From positions 620,001-684,000 of the forward strand of contig JAQGDQ010000080.1 in NCBI GenBank assembly GCA_030141605.1: a stretch of 64,000 bases of DNA, given 5' to 3'. Below are positions 40,701 through 52,960 of this stretch, piece by piece. Both the position numbers and the translations under genes were made by a program. Below the pieces are notes generated by a model. It worked only from the letters and a program-made list of their open reading frames with translations, was not told the origin of the DNA and did no database searches. This DNA comes from Tubiluchus corallicola. Taxonomy: Eukaryota; Animalia; Priapulida. The first letter of the stretch is position 1, and each line of letters opens with the position of its first letter.

Positions 40701-43700
40701 GAAACATAATATATAAAGATGCATTCTTTATTACACAAATAACATACTAGCTAATAATTACCATTATTATAACTTTAGATACACATTTTAGAACTGTATA
40801 ATATATCTAATTTAAATGAAAGAAGGTAACTATGTATCAAATAACAAAACATTACAAATAAAAACAATTTAATTTTTGTAACTGCAGTTCTACAATATAT
40901 CATAGTAGTATAAAAAGCACTGACTTTACTATATTTAAAAAGTTCACTAACCTTTAAATGGTGAAGGAGATACTCTAATGCATTTTCTGACACAGTGATA
41001 GAATATTTATTTTTCCTGGAACATTAATGTGTTTTAGACACAACATGTACTACAAATAATGTGGATTAAAAGCTCTGCATCTGTATCCCATTATCTTCTT
41101 TTGAAAAATTGTCAAACTAAAATCTTAAAATTACAATTAAAAGAGCATTGAGGTCTTTTTAGAAGTATGTGTTTTTGTGATGTGTCCATATCATACTATA
41201 ACCTGCCATGTGCAACTCAGTCCATGAACTCACTGTTTGGCCCACTTCTAGTTGGCTAATGACATCACATGAATCATAAGCAGCATCAACATACTGTTTC
41301 ACGCTCAGCAAAAGTATTAAACTGCTATGCAGCAGAAACTTATAAAATTAGTACAATTGATTTTTAACAAAGTAAAGTTTGTCAGAATAATGTAAATCTA
41401 TATCTAGCACTAGAAAATCTTTTTCCGACATCAATTTTTAATTCCTTAAGCGTCTGTGAACGATTTTAGACACTTAGGAATACCTTTTTCAGCTTTTTTT
41501 CAAATGTGTAACTATTTTCTGAGACAAGAAAGATTGCTTTAAACATTGTCTATAATAAGTCTATTAAACTAAAATTAAAATTTGGCTACCCTATAATTTA
41601 ATTTAAACTCATCTGTTATTTGTCAAAGGCTTGCCATATCGCAACTTAACTTTCAGTCTCCAACTGGATGCAAGTTCCCAGGTTAAGCAACTTTATTAGC
41701 CAAAAGCTTTGTGTAGGTCACAGAATAAAAAGAGTTACCCGCAAGTCTTTATGCTGTGGTGCAGGTGTTATTACGACAGGTAAGTGCAGGCGTGCACGCC
41801 TACTCTATGTAATGCATTCTCAGACAAATTTTTTTCGCATTGTTTAGCACTATGGATGGTGATTCTGTTTTGGGCAAAGGGAGGAGAAGTTCCATCTTAC
41901 TACAATTGCATTTTGTGAGACATTTACGATGGGGTCAACTTTCTCATTTGCAATTAAGGTTAATCATTAAACATTATAGGGGATACAAGGCACTCAAGGA
42001 TACATTGAAAAACAGAACCAATGAAAACAAATTAATTAATATGTGCCATAGATAATAGATTATTTGTTTACTGTGAAGTAAATAATATTTCTGTATTAAA
42101 TTATTATAACAAAGCAAGACACCCACCATCTAAAAAAATGTCTGTAATTATTGGTAAAACTGTTCATTGGGCACATTGTCCCTAGCTGCTTTAAACCTTG
42201 CACTCGACAATTTGCTCATAAGACTTCAGTGAATGAACTGCAGAAAGCTACATCCCATGAGTATATTTATGACCTTCTCTCTTATCTGATTTGAGATTAT
42301 TACTAGTACTACATAGAAAGGAGCTCATGTGCCAAAGAATTTTTTGAGTTTCCAGTAATCTGTTGACCTATAGATGACTAAGAAAATAAAAACAGTTACA
42401 CAAAACAGTAAGTGTTTTAGCATTTGGTTTGGCTGGCAATTGTGAAAGTAGATCAGTGTCATGCACAATATTAAACCGGACGTGCATGGAGCATCAGTAA
42501 AATAAAGCCAAGCAAAATCAATAATTAGTCTTGGGGTATCATAAGTAGTTTTTACATGTACTTACTAAAAAAACCTCAACGCTCCTTTAAACTTAAATTA
42601 GATTAATGAAAAATGAGAATTACTTATTAAATTAAATTATATGGGTTAAGTAACATATAACAGTTGAAACTTATGAGATATTATTTTTTATGTTACAGGA
42701 GCTTTTTGTGTCAAATACTTATAAGTGTACAGTGTTCCCTCACTTATTGCGGGTGTTCCGTCCCAGGCCCACCCACGATAAGTGAATTTCCTCGAAGTAG
42801 GGACGCTATACTTATTTTAGTAGTTATACATTATCTTAAGTCTTTATAAACCCTCCCCATACTCTCAAACCCGCAAGTGTACAATCCCAAGTCGGCAAGT
42901 AGCATCTCAAGCGGGTGCAAGTACTACATTTCGTTTTTGGTGTGTATTCATCCGCCGAATAAATACACTATTTACTGTAAATGGTAATTTTTTATGATTT
43001 ATAATATTCTTTTAATGTTAGAATTAATATTTTTAATATGTTTTTATACATTTTGTGATTTTTTTCATGCGAAAATACTTTAGACGGAGTACCGCAAAAA
43101 CCCGCGAAACAGCGAAAATACCGCGATAAACGAACCGCGAAGTAGCGAGGGAACACTGTACGTGCATTTACCAATAAGTACTGAAATCCAGGACACATGC
43201 ATGCTAACTACTAATTACTAAAAAAAACACAGAAATGACAACTGTGGTAATAGTAAGACTAAAGTAATTAAGAGTATGCTTACTTGAAAGAACTAATCTC
43301 CTCATTCTGATTAAGCTCGTTGATATTTGTAGTGACAGCAAGAGCAGAAATCACCACTTTACACGAATCGTCTTCATTAAACAATGTATGATGACGTGCA
43401 TAAAACTTCTGGGCTGAAATTAGAAATATTCAAATTTTTGTAAGTAATAGCTGAAATTGGTGCCATTTCCTACTTGAATTATGAAATCAAACAGTCTATA
43501 ATTTTACATTTTCATTCCTAATGGCCGATAACTAAATGTGAAAATCATTAATGCTAGATATCATAATAACGACAGTAATACACTACTAGTATGATCACAT
43601 AAGATCTACACATTACATCTATGCATTTAACTCAATTTTTTTTCATGCCTAAATCTGTCAAGCTCGTTACTGCACTTATCCCATACAATTACCTGCAAAA

Positions 43701-46700
43701 GCTACTCAAGGCTATAACTAAGTAGGTGCATGAATTGAAACTGCACAGTTACTACTAATCAGTTATTACTTTGTGAGCTATGTGTAAAAGGAAAAAAATG
43801 GGTAATTCAATATGAACTACAAATATAGGATTTCGTAAAATGTAAGACAGTCTTTAAATTTATTTTCCAACAATGCTAAGGTAAAAATTATAAACAATGA
43901 ACATTTGCATTATTTTTGAGTAACAACAAATTTAGCAAATAGATGCTCCTTTAGAATTACATGACAAAGGCATGGTAATATCATACATTAGACATATACT
44001 TGCTAAACTTTATAGTTCTGTGACTTAATCAGTATCATTGAAATAATTATTCGTGATATCAAAAGTAACGTTATTATGCAAGGGCCGCATTATCTTGTTG
44101 AGATAAAATCTGAATTAGCACTGTTTTACTATTTAGTTCAGTTTTGTTCTCACATGTGGTTAAAATGCAGCTTTTTCAATAGCTAATTTACCTTGCATAT
44201 ATTTTTATGTGCAACACATAAAGCACAATGTTTTTATTGCTCTAAATTTAGCAAAGAACCTCATAATGACTGAGAATTTCTGAGTAGGAAAAATATCAGA
44301 AATTTACCAGTGCAATATAAGTACAAAACATACAGAAAAACAAGCATACATTACATTGTAACAAACAGAAAAATAAGTTTAAACAATAACTGTAACGCTG
44401 CATAAAGTACGAAATAATTGTAGCATCTAGAGTTTACAGATCAAGCCTAAATCTAAAACGAATGATTTAAGATATAGTATTAACAAACTATAGATTGGGA
44501 CAATAGTAACTGGCTCAATATTACTAGGACTACTTGTGATTTATTGCCTAAAATCAATGAAGATTTGAAAATTGTAGGCATACTAGGAAACTATTATACA
44601 ATAGACTACTAACAGCTATCTCCTACCACTAAAAATTCGACTTCTTTGGACATTTATTCATAGTTTCACCTTTCTGTTCATTAAGGCTCTGCTTACCTTC
44701 GAATTGCTCGGAGCAATCATTTCTGCATAAAAGTGAACAAAAATAACCAAGTAATTTATCATTCTCATATTGGTACAGCAAATCATATTTACCTGGAATT
44801 TTCTGACCATTCGCTACTAGTTGTAAATACAAATGTATAAACATTGGATAAAGAACCTCAACCAGTTCTGTACGGAATGGCTCCACAGCATCACTGATGA
44901 AATTTTTCAATCTGTGTAAACATAATATATAGTTAAAAACAACCTAAACACAAAAACTATAAAACTGCATTATGCGCTATCTTACATTAATGCCCCAGAA
45001 AAGCCATTGGTTAACCAGTTTGCACCCAATTTACATTTGTAAATGAAATCTATACTGAAATTTTTTATACAAGGTCTAGACTCAGTTCTTACAGTAAGAC
45101 GAAATGGTATATTCTTGGCCCCTTTTGGCAATAAAACCAAAATATATATTGAAAGCAATAAAAAAACGATGTCATATAAGGAATGAACATTTCCAACTTT
45201 TATTAAGCAAATGCGAAATGTCTTGTAATAAATTCGCTTGTTTTTAATGTACTCTACTAATAATGACATGGTTATTACTATTGTTTGCAGTGCATCACAA
45301 AAAAGAAACATGTAAGAATGGGTGAAATTTGTAATCTAGTTGAATGAACTTCGTAACGATGGACTAGTTTCATAACCTACTGATTATACAATCCTTAAAG
45401 AATTATGTAATAGTAATGTGCACTTTTCCACACTACAGATTGCCATACTGAAGGTACTAATAGTTGCACTATCTGATCGGTGCACACTCAAGGAACTCAT
45501 AAGCAGGGCTGGATTAAAAAACTCATTTTAAAAAAGGAGGCCAGGAAATCTGAAAGCACAATTTTAAAGTGGCTTCTCATTTGAAATATTAAAAGGATTC
45601 TTGTTTGAGTCCTTTTATTTGAGACACAAAGTACCTTTTATTCAAGGTAACAGCCCATCTCTAAAGCCCTTTATTTGAAATTTGGTGACTCCAGCTACAC
45701 AGATGTTCCTAAAATATATCTATCACAAGTAAAAAATATTCAAGACGAATGCGAGCAAATTAGAGGGTGGCTCCATTTGAGGGAAGCCCCATAATTTCAT
45801 TAACCTAGTGGCCCTAAAAGATCATAATTTGGCCCTGTTTATAAGTGTGAATTTTCTATAAAATACACTTAATGTAAAAAGCAAATTTTAGTCTGTTATT
45901 AGCATTATACCACTTACCTAGAGAATTGTTGATCACTTTGAGTAGCATCCCCACTAATACTACTATATGAAATGAGACTAGTTTCTCCTGTATTGCTTTG
46001 TACACTACCATGAATAGCCATCTGTTCCTTGTTGTGGTGCAATATCATATCCTTTCTTGTGTAGTAATCAGTGCTTTTGTCCTAAAAATACAAAATGTAA
46101 TGCAGGTCTAGATAAAAACTGCTTATAAGTACAATTACGCATCATTATCCAATATTTTTTGTAGAATATGATACTGCCTTTTTATAACCTAAAATCATTT
46201 CTGGTTTTGTACTCAAATCTTAAGTTCCATTTGGCCTTTCGGGCATTGCTTTTTGGGCCTTTTGTCAACTCTACATGGACCATATTTTCATTTTTTTGTT
46301 TGCCCATGTTTTTAACTACTTAGTAACTCGACATTAATTAAAAGCATTTGTTTGCAAGCAGAACATTGCATAACTGTATCATAATGTTTACAACTCAGCA
46401 TCAGTCAGCTGATGGCTAGCAGAGTATTACATCATGATTTAGAACTTATCGAATTTACATATAAACATATTTTGTTTTTTCACAACCTACAGTATACAGA
46501 AAAAGCCTGAGTGATGTACCTTGAGACATTTACAGTCAGATATCCACATTTTAATAGTGACAGTGCATGAACTGCAATCTAGCGATACAAATGTTAAACT
46601 AACATTTACTGAATTGATTTGTACCTTTTAAAAATTTCTGTGTATATCTAAAATAGTTTTATTTTGGCCAAGATTAAAAAGTAAGTTACCATGTAATAAA

Positions 46701-49700
46701 GTACAAATTTAGAATATACTACACATTGTATATTCGTGACACGTCATAACAGCTACTGATTCTATCTATGCAAAAATGCTTTGCTGAATACATTACGAAA
46801 TACTTGTAGGGTTACTTTACCAGTGATTTAAACATGTGACAAATCTTTATTCAACACAGAAAAAATTGGGTAGTAACCAAAACCATCAAAAAACGAATTT
46901 TCACAAATTTCAGGGTTACGCCTTTTTTTCCACTTAATTAATGCACTGATTCATACAAAATTCTATTTTTTGGAACAGTACCTATTTTCCATGAATAGCT
47001 ATGGCCATATTTGCATAGCCATATACAACTATACAAAAATATGTATCAAACATATTTATTGTGAAAAACAAAAATTGCATTTGTGAATGTAAATCGTCAG
47101 CTCCTGAAAGTCAACATCCAGGAAAATATAAAACATAACAGCCAAAGGTTCTAGGTTGGCAATGTATTTTCCATCATTTAGGGCATTGTGAAAACATCTA
47201 GGATTAAGACAAAGTTTTCCACATGTCACAAACCATATCATAACACGTCACATCTATAGTTCAATACAGTCACTAAATGCTCATTACATTTTTTCATTCT
47301 ACACACTTTAAAATTTATTTGCTGGCACTTCTTAATTCTGCCATGCACTATACAGGTGCCTCTTGAATGTGAGAACCGAGTTAGCATACGGTATTACATG
47401 TTGGGGGAGGTTATTTAACATGTCCACTACCTTTGGCAAAAGAAGCAGTGTCTTGGGTTGGTATCTCTTTAACAGCTTTTGTGATAATTAATAGCCAACA
47501 GATACACTTTACTTTATTTAGTATCAGTTTTGAATATAATGCACACTAGTCTGTAAAAACTATTTTCTGATATAAATAATGCCCTACATAAACCCTAAAA
47601 CAGTACAACATTGTATTTTTTTGCATAGAAAGAGAAAGTAATACCTGTTAGTACATAAGATTGTTTGCAGACAATACTAAAATATTCAGTGAAATCAGCT
47701 CTATATAAGATGCTGAGGAACTTCAAGCAGATTTGAACAGCCTACAAGAATGGACAAGAATTTGGCAAATGAAGTTAAATACAGAAAAGTGCAAAGTAAT
47801 GCATATAGGCTATCATAATATATACTTGAGCTATGTTATGAATAAAAATGGAGAGACATAGAATTAGATAAACAGACAGTGAGAAAGACTTAGGAGTAAT
47901 AGAGAGAAACATAAAATAAAACATAAAATAGAGCATGCGGAAACTGTTGCTAGCAAAGGAAATAAAATTGCGAGAATGATGAAATACTCCTTTGATTATA
48001 TGGATACAGACATGTTTGTTACACTATACACTACTCTAGTTAGACCTATAATGGAGCTGTAGTATGGCTGCCTTGCTATAAGAAAGACATTAACTCATTA
48101 GAGGTACAACGTAGAGCAACTAAAATGATGTATAGCATCCCAAGTCTGGAATAAGAGGACAGATTACTGAAACTTAAATTACCTAGCTTAGTTTATAGAT
48201 GGCTTAGAGGTGACATGATTGAAGTTTACAAGCCCATGCATGAGTATTATATGTACACACAAATCAATCTGGAAAGGAATGAAGAAGGCAGAACCAAAGG
48301 GCATGCAAACAAGCTTAAAGTACAATATAGTAGATTAAACACTAGAAAATGTTTGTTCACACTGAGAACACCAGGTTTATGGAAAAAACTACCAGAACAT
48401 GAGGTGGATGCGCCGTCACTAAATACCTTCAAGAGTCGTTTGGACAAACACTTTGGAGACATAAAATATTCTCGAACTGATTTAAAGGAATACTTTAAAG
48501 GGTAGTTATAGCAAAAATCCATATATATACCCTGAGGAACAAAATGTATGTGTATATGTAAAGCATTGGCAAGATCCTCAACAAACAAATAGCCTATGGA
48601 CGAGGACAGTGACTGGTAACTGGTAAAAAATTGTGCATACTGTGCACGCTATGCCTGGGGTACATGTGTGAACCTCAGTTAAGTGTGTTTATGGGTGCTA
48701 TGGCTGTGGCAGAATTCTACGACATGTCTTACGAGAAGACTAAATCATTAGACTTTAGTAGAATGAGGCACAGATTGTTGGGCGCCGAGTGACCCACTAG
48801 CCGAAGTAGGACACTTGGCATACATAGGCTAGCCCAAGTAGGATGCGTCGCACCTGGGCTGCCCAAGTAGGACACTAGAGACAAGTCGCAAATTGAGTGC
48901 GTACTGGCATCATCCACTGTTCTTGTTTATGTAATAATAATAATAATTAAAAACGTCAATACACGTTGAGTAATTTATTATACGTCTGATAAAATAAAGG
49001 AATTTTATTCTGACCTAGAATTAATATTTGCCAATATTAATCTTCTTTGAAGTGAAATAAGCGCACTTTTAGGCGATTCCAACGTTGCCTAAAGTATATA
49101 GTTTTTTATTTTGTCTTGCTTCACAGACAGGCGATCCTTTTCACTCCTTCGTGGACAAATAATTGTTTTCTACTAAGTAAACGGGTTAGCGAGTTATGTG
49201 ACCTACATAGCTTCTCTCTTTAAAGCATTAGATACTTAGTTTAATGTTATGAAGATATTAATGGAACTAAAGTAATAATAATGATGATATTGTTGTAAAA
49301 ATACATTTGTAAATTGTCAAGGACTATCCATCGTTATAATAAAAATACTTTTTTTCTAAAACAAATTTAGTTTTATGTTTTATTATGTCATAAATCTCGA
49401 GTATCTAGAGAAATCGCTAGTGTCCTATTTGGGCTGCCCATGTGCGACACTGCTTTTCCGCAAATTTAGCAAATGCGTTTTATCGGAAGTGTCCTACTTC
49501 GGCTAGTGGGTTACTCGGTTTATCGGAAGTGTCCTACACAGATGACTGCGACGATATGGTTTTTACTTCAAAGTGAAATTCAAAACTACACAACTAATCA
49601 TTCCTTGTTTACCATCTGGTGAAAATAAAATATACTCACAATGTACTGTCTTCTTTTTAAGTAATTTATTGCAGAATGTTGTATTTCTTCTTTTCTTATT

Positions 49701-49708
49701 CTTTTCAT
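31796..49708 (-). CDS. TAF5L: TAF5-like protein (SAGA/PCAF subunit, NTD2 + WD40), 586 aa; exons (5'->3') 49708-49640, 46081-45918, 44911-44793, 43413-43284, 41015-40952, 40648-40594, 38911-38701, 38199-38023, 37813-37707, 37480-37287, 35397-35229, 34871-34749, 33871-33814, 31916-31796
   Basis: The N-terminus [23 protein letters not shown] matches the TAF5L-type start (MKRVRTEQIQ...YLKRRQYV) rather than TAF5. NTD2 includes [14 protein letters not shown] repeats: [65 protein letters not shown]. The C-terminus is [11 protein letters not shown]...NLL. Fourteen exons total 1761 nt in consistent phase. Confidence 0.95.
32785..33630. mobile_element. Decayed hAT-type non-autonomous element in the last TAF5L intron
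   Basis: Termini TAGTGAT...ATCACTG with flanking 8-mers CAACCAAT and CAACTTAT (6/8 identical, TSD-like). CCGAA/TTCGG subterminal motifs are present. Confidence 0.55.
34052..34458. mobile_element. MITE-like element with ~120-bp imperfect inverted arms
   Basis: ATTACATAAAACTATTGCTGAAACA...CACAGCCTGCAGTCTTGAGGCGTATGA pairs with TCATACCCCTCGAGACTGCAGACTGT...TGTTTCAGCAATAGCTAAATGTAAT. Confidence 0.75.
39020..39220 (-). mobile_element. tRNA-derived SINE (decayed)
   Basis: Minus-strand head GGCCGAGTGGTT (A box)...GAGTTCGATAC (B box), followed by a TG-rich body and an AAATAAA-like end. Confidence 0.6.
42730..43158. mobile_element. Tc1/mariner (pogo/Tigger-like) MITE, 429 bp, TA target duplication
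   Basis: TA|CAGTGTTCCCTCACTTATTGCGG ... CCGCGAAGTAGCGAGGGAACACTG|TA. Confidence 0.9.
45504..45837. mobile_element. hAT-type MITE, 334 bp
   Basis: TIRs CAGGGCTGGATTA and TAATTTGGCCCTG; flanking 8-mers CTCATAAG and TTTATAAG (6/8 identical). Confidence 0.75.
47661..48480 (+). mobile_element. CR1-clade LINE 3' fragment (decayed) in TAF5L intron 1
   Basis: Motifs [71 protein letters not shown] and [15 protein letters not shown]. Confidence 0.93.
48785..49518. mobile_element. Non-autonomous DNA transposon (MITE), 734 bp, 32-bp TIRs plus inner inverted repeats
   Basis: CCGAGTGACCCACTAGCCGAAGTAGGACACTT versus AAGTGTCCTACTTCGGCTAGTGGGTTACTCGG (1 mismatch). A second inverted pair is GTCGCACCTGGGCTGCCCAAGTAGGACACTAG / CTAGTGTCCTATTTGGGCTGCCCATGTGCGAC. 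Confidence 0.88.
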
Positions 49709-49759
49709 CTTTCAAACAATTTTTTTCTAAAATTGAAGGCTGCATGCCTATTACCTATT

Positions 49760-50420
49760 ATACAAGCTTCCTACACTAGGCAAACTGCGCCAGAGGAACA
49801 CCATATAGTAACACGTGTACTGTCACCTCGTGACGCGACGTTGAATCTAATTCTAAGTAAGCCCATAGATTTAAATCCCGCACGTGCGCTAACCTCGCGT
49901 AAATTGTTCATTTCAGTCCAGTACAATCCTTGGATGACTCACGACTGAACCTTTTTGTATCAATATGAGTATTTAAAACCTGCTGCTCCGCTGAAAAAAC
50001 AAAGATTGCAAAACCTGTTTCACAACGTTTTTCAATTACTAGGAAACTTTTTCTATAGTTCAATATACTGCAAGGAAAAAAATTATGCAAGAGGAAATAA
50101 TTATTTATAAAAATTTCATATTATTTATAAGCAGTGACTGCGTTTGCGTCTGCTGATTCTTTCTCTGCTTTTCACATATGTATGTGTCACGGCCATGCAA
50201 TTTTTTAAGTAACTTTATTTATTACTATATTTTTACTAGTATTACTGTTACTATTACACGTTATACAGTACTGGTAATATAAAACATAATTTCTTTATAT
50301 TATAATATATAGTTTTATATTACCACATATGATACAAAGTATACACAATAAAGTAGGGAAGTCCTTCTGCGCAGTAGTTCGCGCAGTTAGTGTCGCCCTA
50401 GCAGCTATTCAGTACGGCCT
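49760..50420. promoter_or_regulatory. Probable bidirectional promoter region between TAF5L (-) and the SLC17 gene (+)
   Basis: CpG-enriched patches in AT-rich DNA, E-boxes CACGTG at 49812 and 49881, GTCACCTCGTGAC, and GCGCA motifs. The region lies directly upstream of the TAF5L ATG. Confidence 0.55.
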
Positions 50421-52091
50421 GTTGCTGTCAGGTATGCAACAGCGCAGGCTGTGGGTACTGTAGCAGATGAATTGATGAGACCATCAAAACCAGCCCGGTT
50501 AACAGGCACTCATAAATTGCTCAGCAGTGAGTTGCAAAAACACAAAAAATATCTTTTTAGATTTCACAAGGATGCAGCCAGGTAATTATAATAAAATGTT
50601 AATTACAACACAGTTTTGAAACTTTTGTTACTAGTTAAATATTTTGTACGCTAAGCAAAGACTGCAAGGCCTACATCTCTCTTTGGCGATTTATAGCAGC
50701 TGTTATCTTTTTGAATATTATTTAAAGCAAGCATAAGGCATTAAGAATAATTTGTAGTTAAAATAAAAATTATTATAATCATATCTCATAAAAATTAATA
50801 GGCTTATTTACAAAAGAAGTTAAGAAAGTTGATCAAAAGAAAGAATACCTGGCTCATGTAGTATTCGATTTCTGGAGAAATATTTTTTCTAAAAAACATT
50901 TCTATTTCACATGTTCTTATCAGGAAATATAACTTGAAGAAATATTAGGCCTGACTTTCATGTGTAATACCTTTCATAGAAAAAAATCGATTTTTTCAGA
51001 AGAGCAAATAATTTTCCAGAACATAACTTAATCTAAGCATCTGCATGTTTTGTTAATTCCAAGTTAAAAAATGTTTAAAAAGCATATAATCATACGTTGG
51101 CCTTTGTTATGAGTTGGAGTTAGTTATAAAATTACGTTGAACAAGCAGAGATGCATTTACGAATTTACTCCTTTTTTTATTATCAGTGAACAAAAAATAA
51201 CTGAAGGAAACATCAGAGCTGTCATCCTAAGCAGCCTACATAACTTCCACCTCTATAACAACCAACTAACTATGTCAAAACCTAGTTAAAGAATTCAGGC
51301 GAGAAGCATAAATTAGAATCTGCACGCGTGTCATAATACCTTATAATATCATGTGCAGACATTACTTATATTTGGCCTAATTTTTTAAGATTCAGTTGGG
51401 CTTACATCAAAATAAATGTTCATTAAATACAGTTTGCTTACGTGTAAAATATGTACTTGTATAATGTTCTTTTGTTTTGTTTATTAATTAGACTCTTTAG
51501 TATTATTTTAATGCATGTACTTTGCAGCTTGATTCAGTTCCTTATTTGAAAGTTTGTTTAAATTTCTGTTTGGCTAGCTTGCTTTTCATTTTATTTAGTT
51601 TGTTTTTATTATTTTTATTTAGTATTATTGTTATTATTTTGCATGTTTTTCTCATACTGAGTTATGCATGGACGATATGACAGCTTGAATTTGGTCATTT
51701 TTTGCACTAATGTTTTTCTTTTGCTAATAGGTACCATTACGACCTTTGTTACTTTATTAGTAAGGTATAAATCAATTTAAATGAAATTATTCATTCATCG
51801 CAGCCTATATCAAAATCGTAATCACATATTATGTTTTCCTTATGTTTCCTTGCTATTTATTACATCATTTACTTTATTACATCAATTTCATTAAGTCAAC
51901 TACAAAAGCACGCATATCTTTAATAATTTTTTCATTTTCATTTAAGTAAGGTGAGTGTGTTAATGACCGTATGGTCGTACATTCACCTCACACTACTCAA
52001 ATCATTTTATTTATTGTTTATTTATGTGTACAATATTGTATTTTGATGTGTGAAATAAAATTCATAGTTCATAGTTCCGTCTTTCTTTTAA

Positions 52092-52122
<31 letters not shown>

Positions 52123-52150
52123 TCTTTCTCTCTAAGAGAGGGAGGGAGAG
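52092..52150. repeat. (CT)n/(GA)n microsatellite
   Basis: CT run followed by a short GA-rich run. Confidence 0.9.
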
Positions 52151-52960
52151 AAAAATCAATAAATCAATGAAAAATGCATTACTTTTTTACATAGCAGGCA
52201 GCCCATCACGCAGTCAGCTAGCCTCTTTCCTCAGGAAAAACAATAAAATTTTACTTACAAGAAGACTGAACAGGCCTATTTGCAAGTACATAATGCTTAT
52301 TGCTACAATTTTTTTCCTTTTCATGAAATGTTTTTAGTTTTTTTAAACTAATAATTGCTTTTAATTGAGATATACTTCTTTTATTAAAAACGCAAAAGTG
52401 ATTTCGGCTGATCAAAATTGCACGTATGCCAACACTACTGGTGAACTTAATAATATTATTATTACAGTCAATGCGGCTCTCCAAATTTTTTACTGATTCG
52501 CCGTTTGATGCCGCCAGCATAGCCACTAATCGCAAAAATGAAATACGTAACAATAGGCGAATTTCGTCACTTACTCTTTATACACTTTGTATGATATGTC
52601 CACACTTGCAAAATTAAATATTTCTTCTATTGCTGTCAACAGATCCCCACTTCGTATGTGGTTAAAACTGGTTATGTGCTGTTATGGTTATTATCATCGC
52701 GGGACAGGTTATATAAGCTCTGTGAACCCTGTGTTTTAAATTAATGTGTAACTTGTAATATCTCTGATATCATAGTATATTTTGAATAAATTCAACTCAC
52801 ATACTGTGATTTCTTTTGTCTTGAAGGTCTGTTTATAAGTTCTCTCTGCCCAAATTCCAATGTCTCGCTACGCGTAACGTTTCAAGTGATGCAAGTGTCT
52901 GACAGCTAAACGGCAAAGGTGCTGCACTGCGCAATATTCTTGTTTATAAAATTTCATGTT

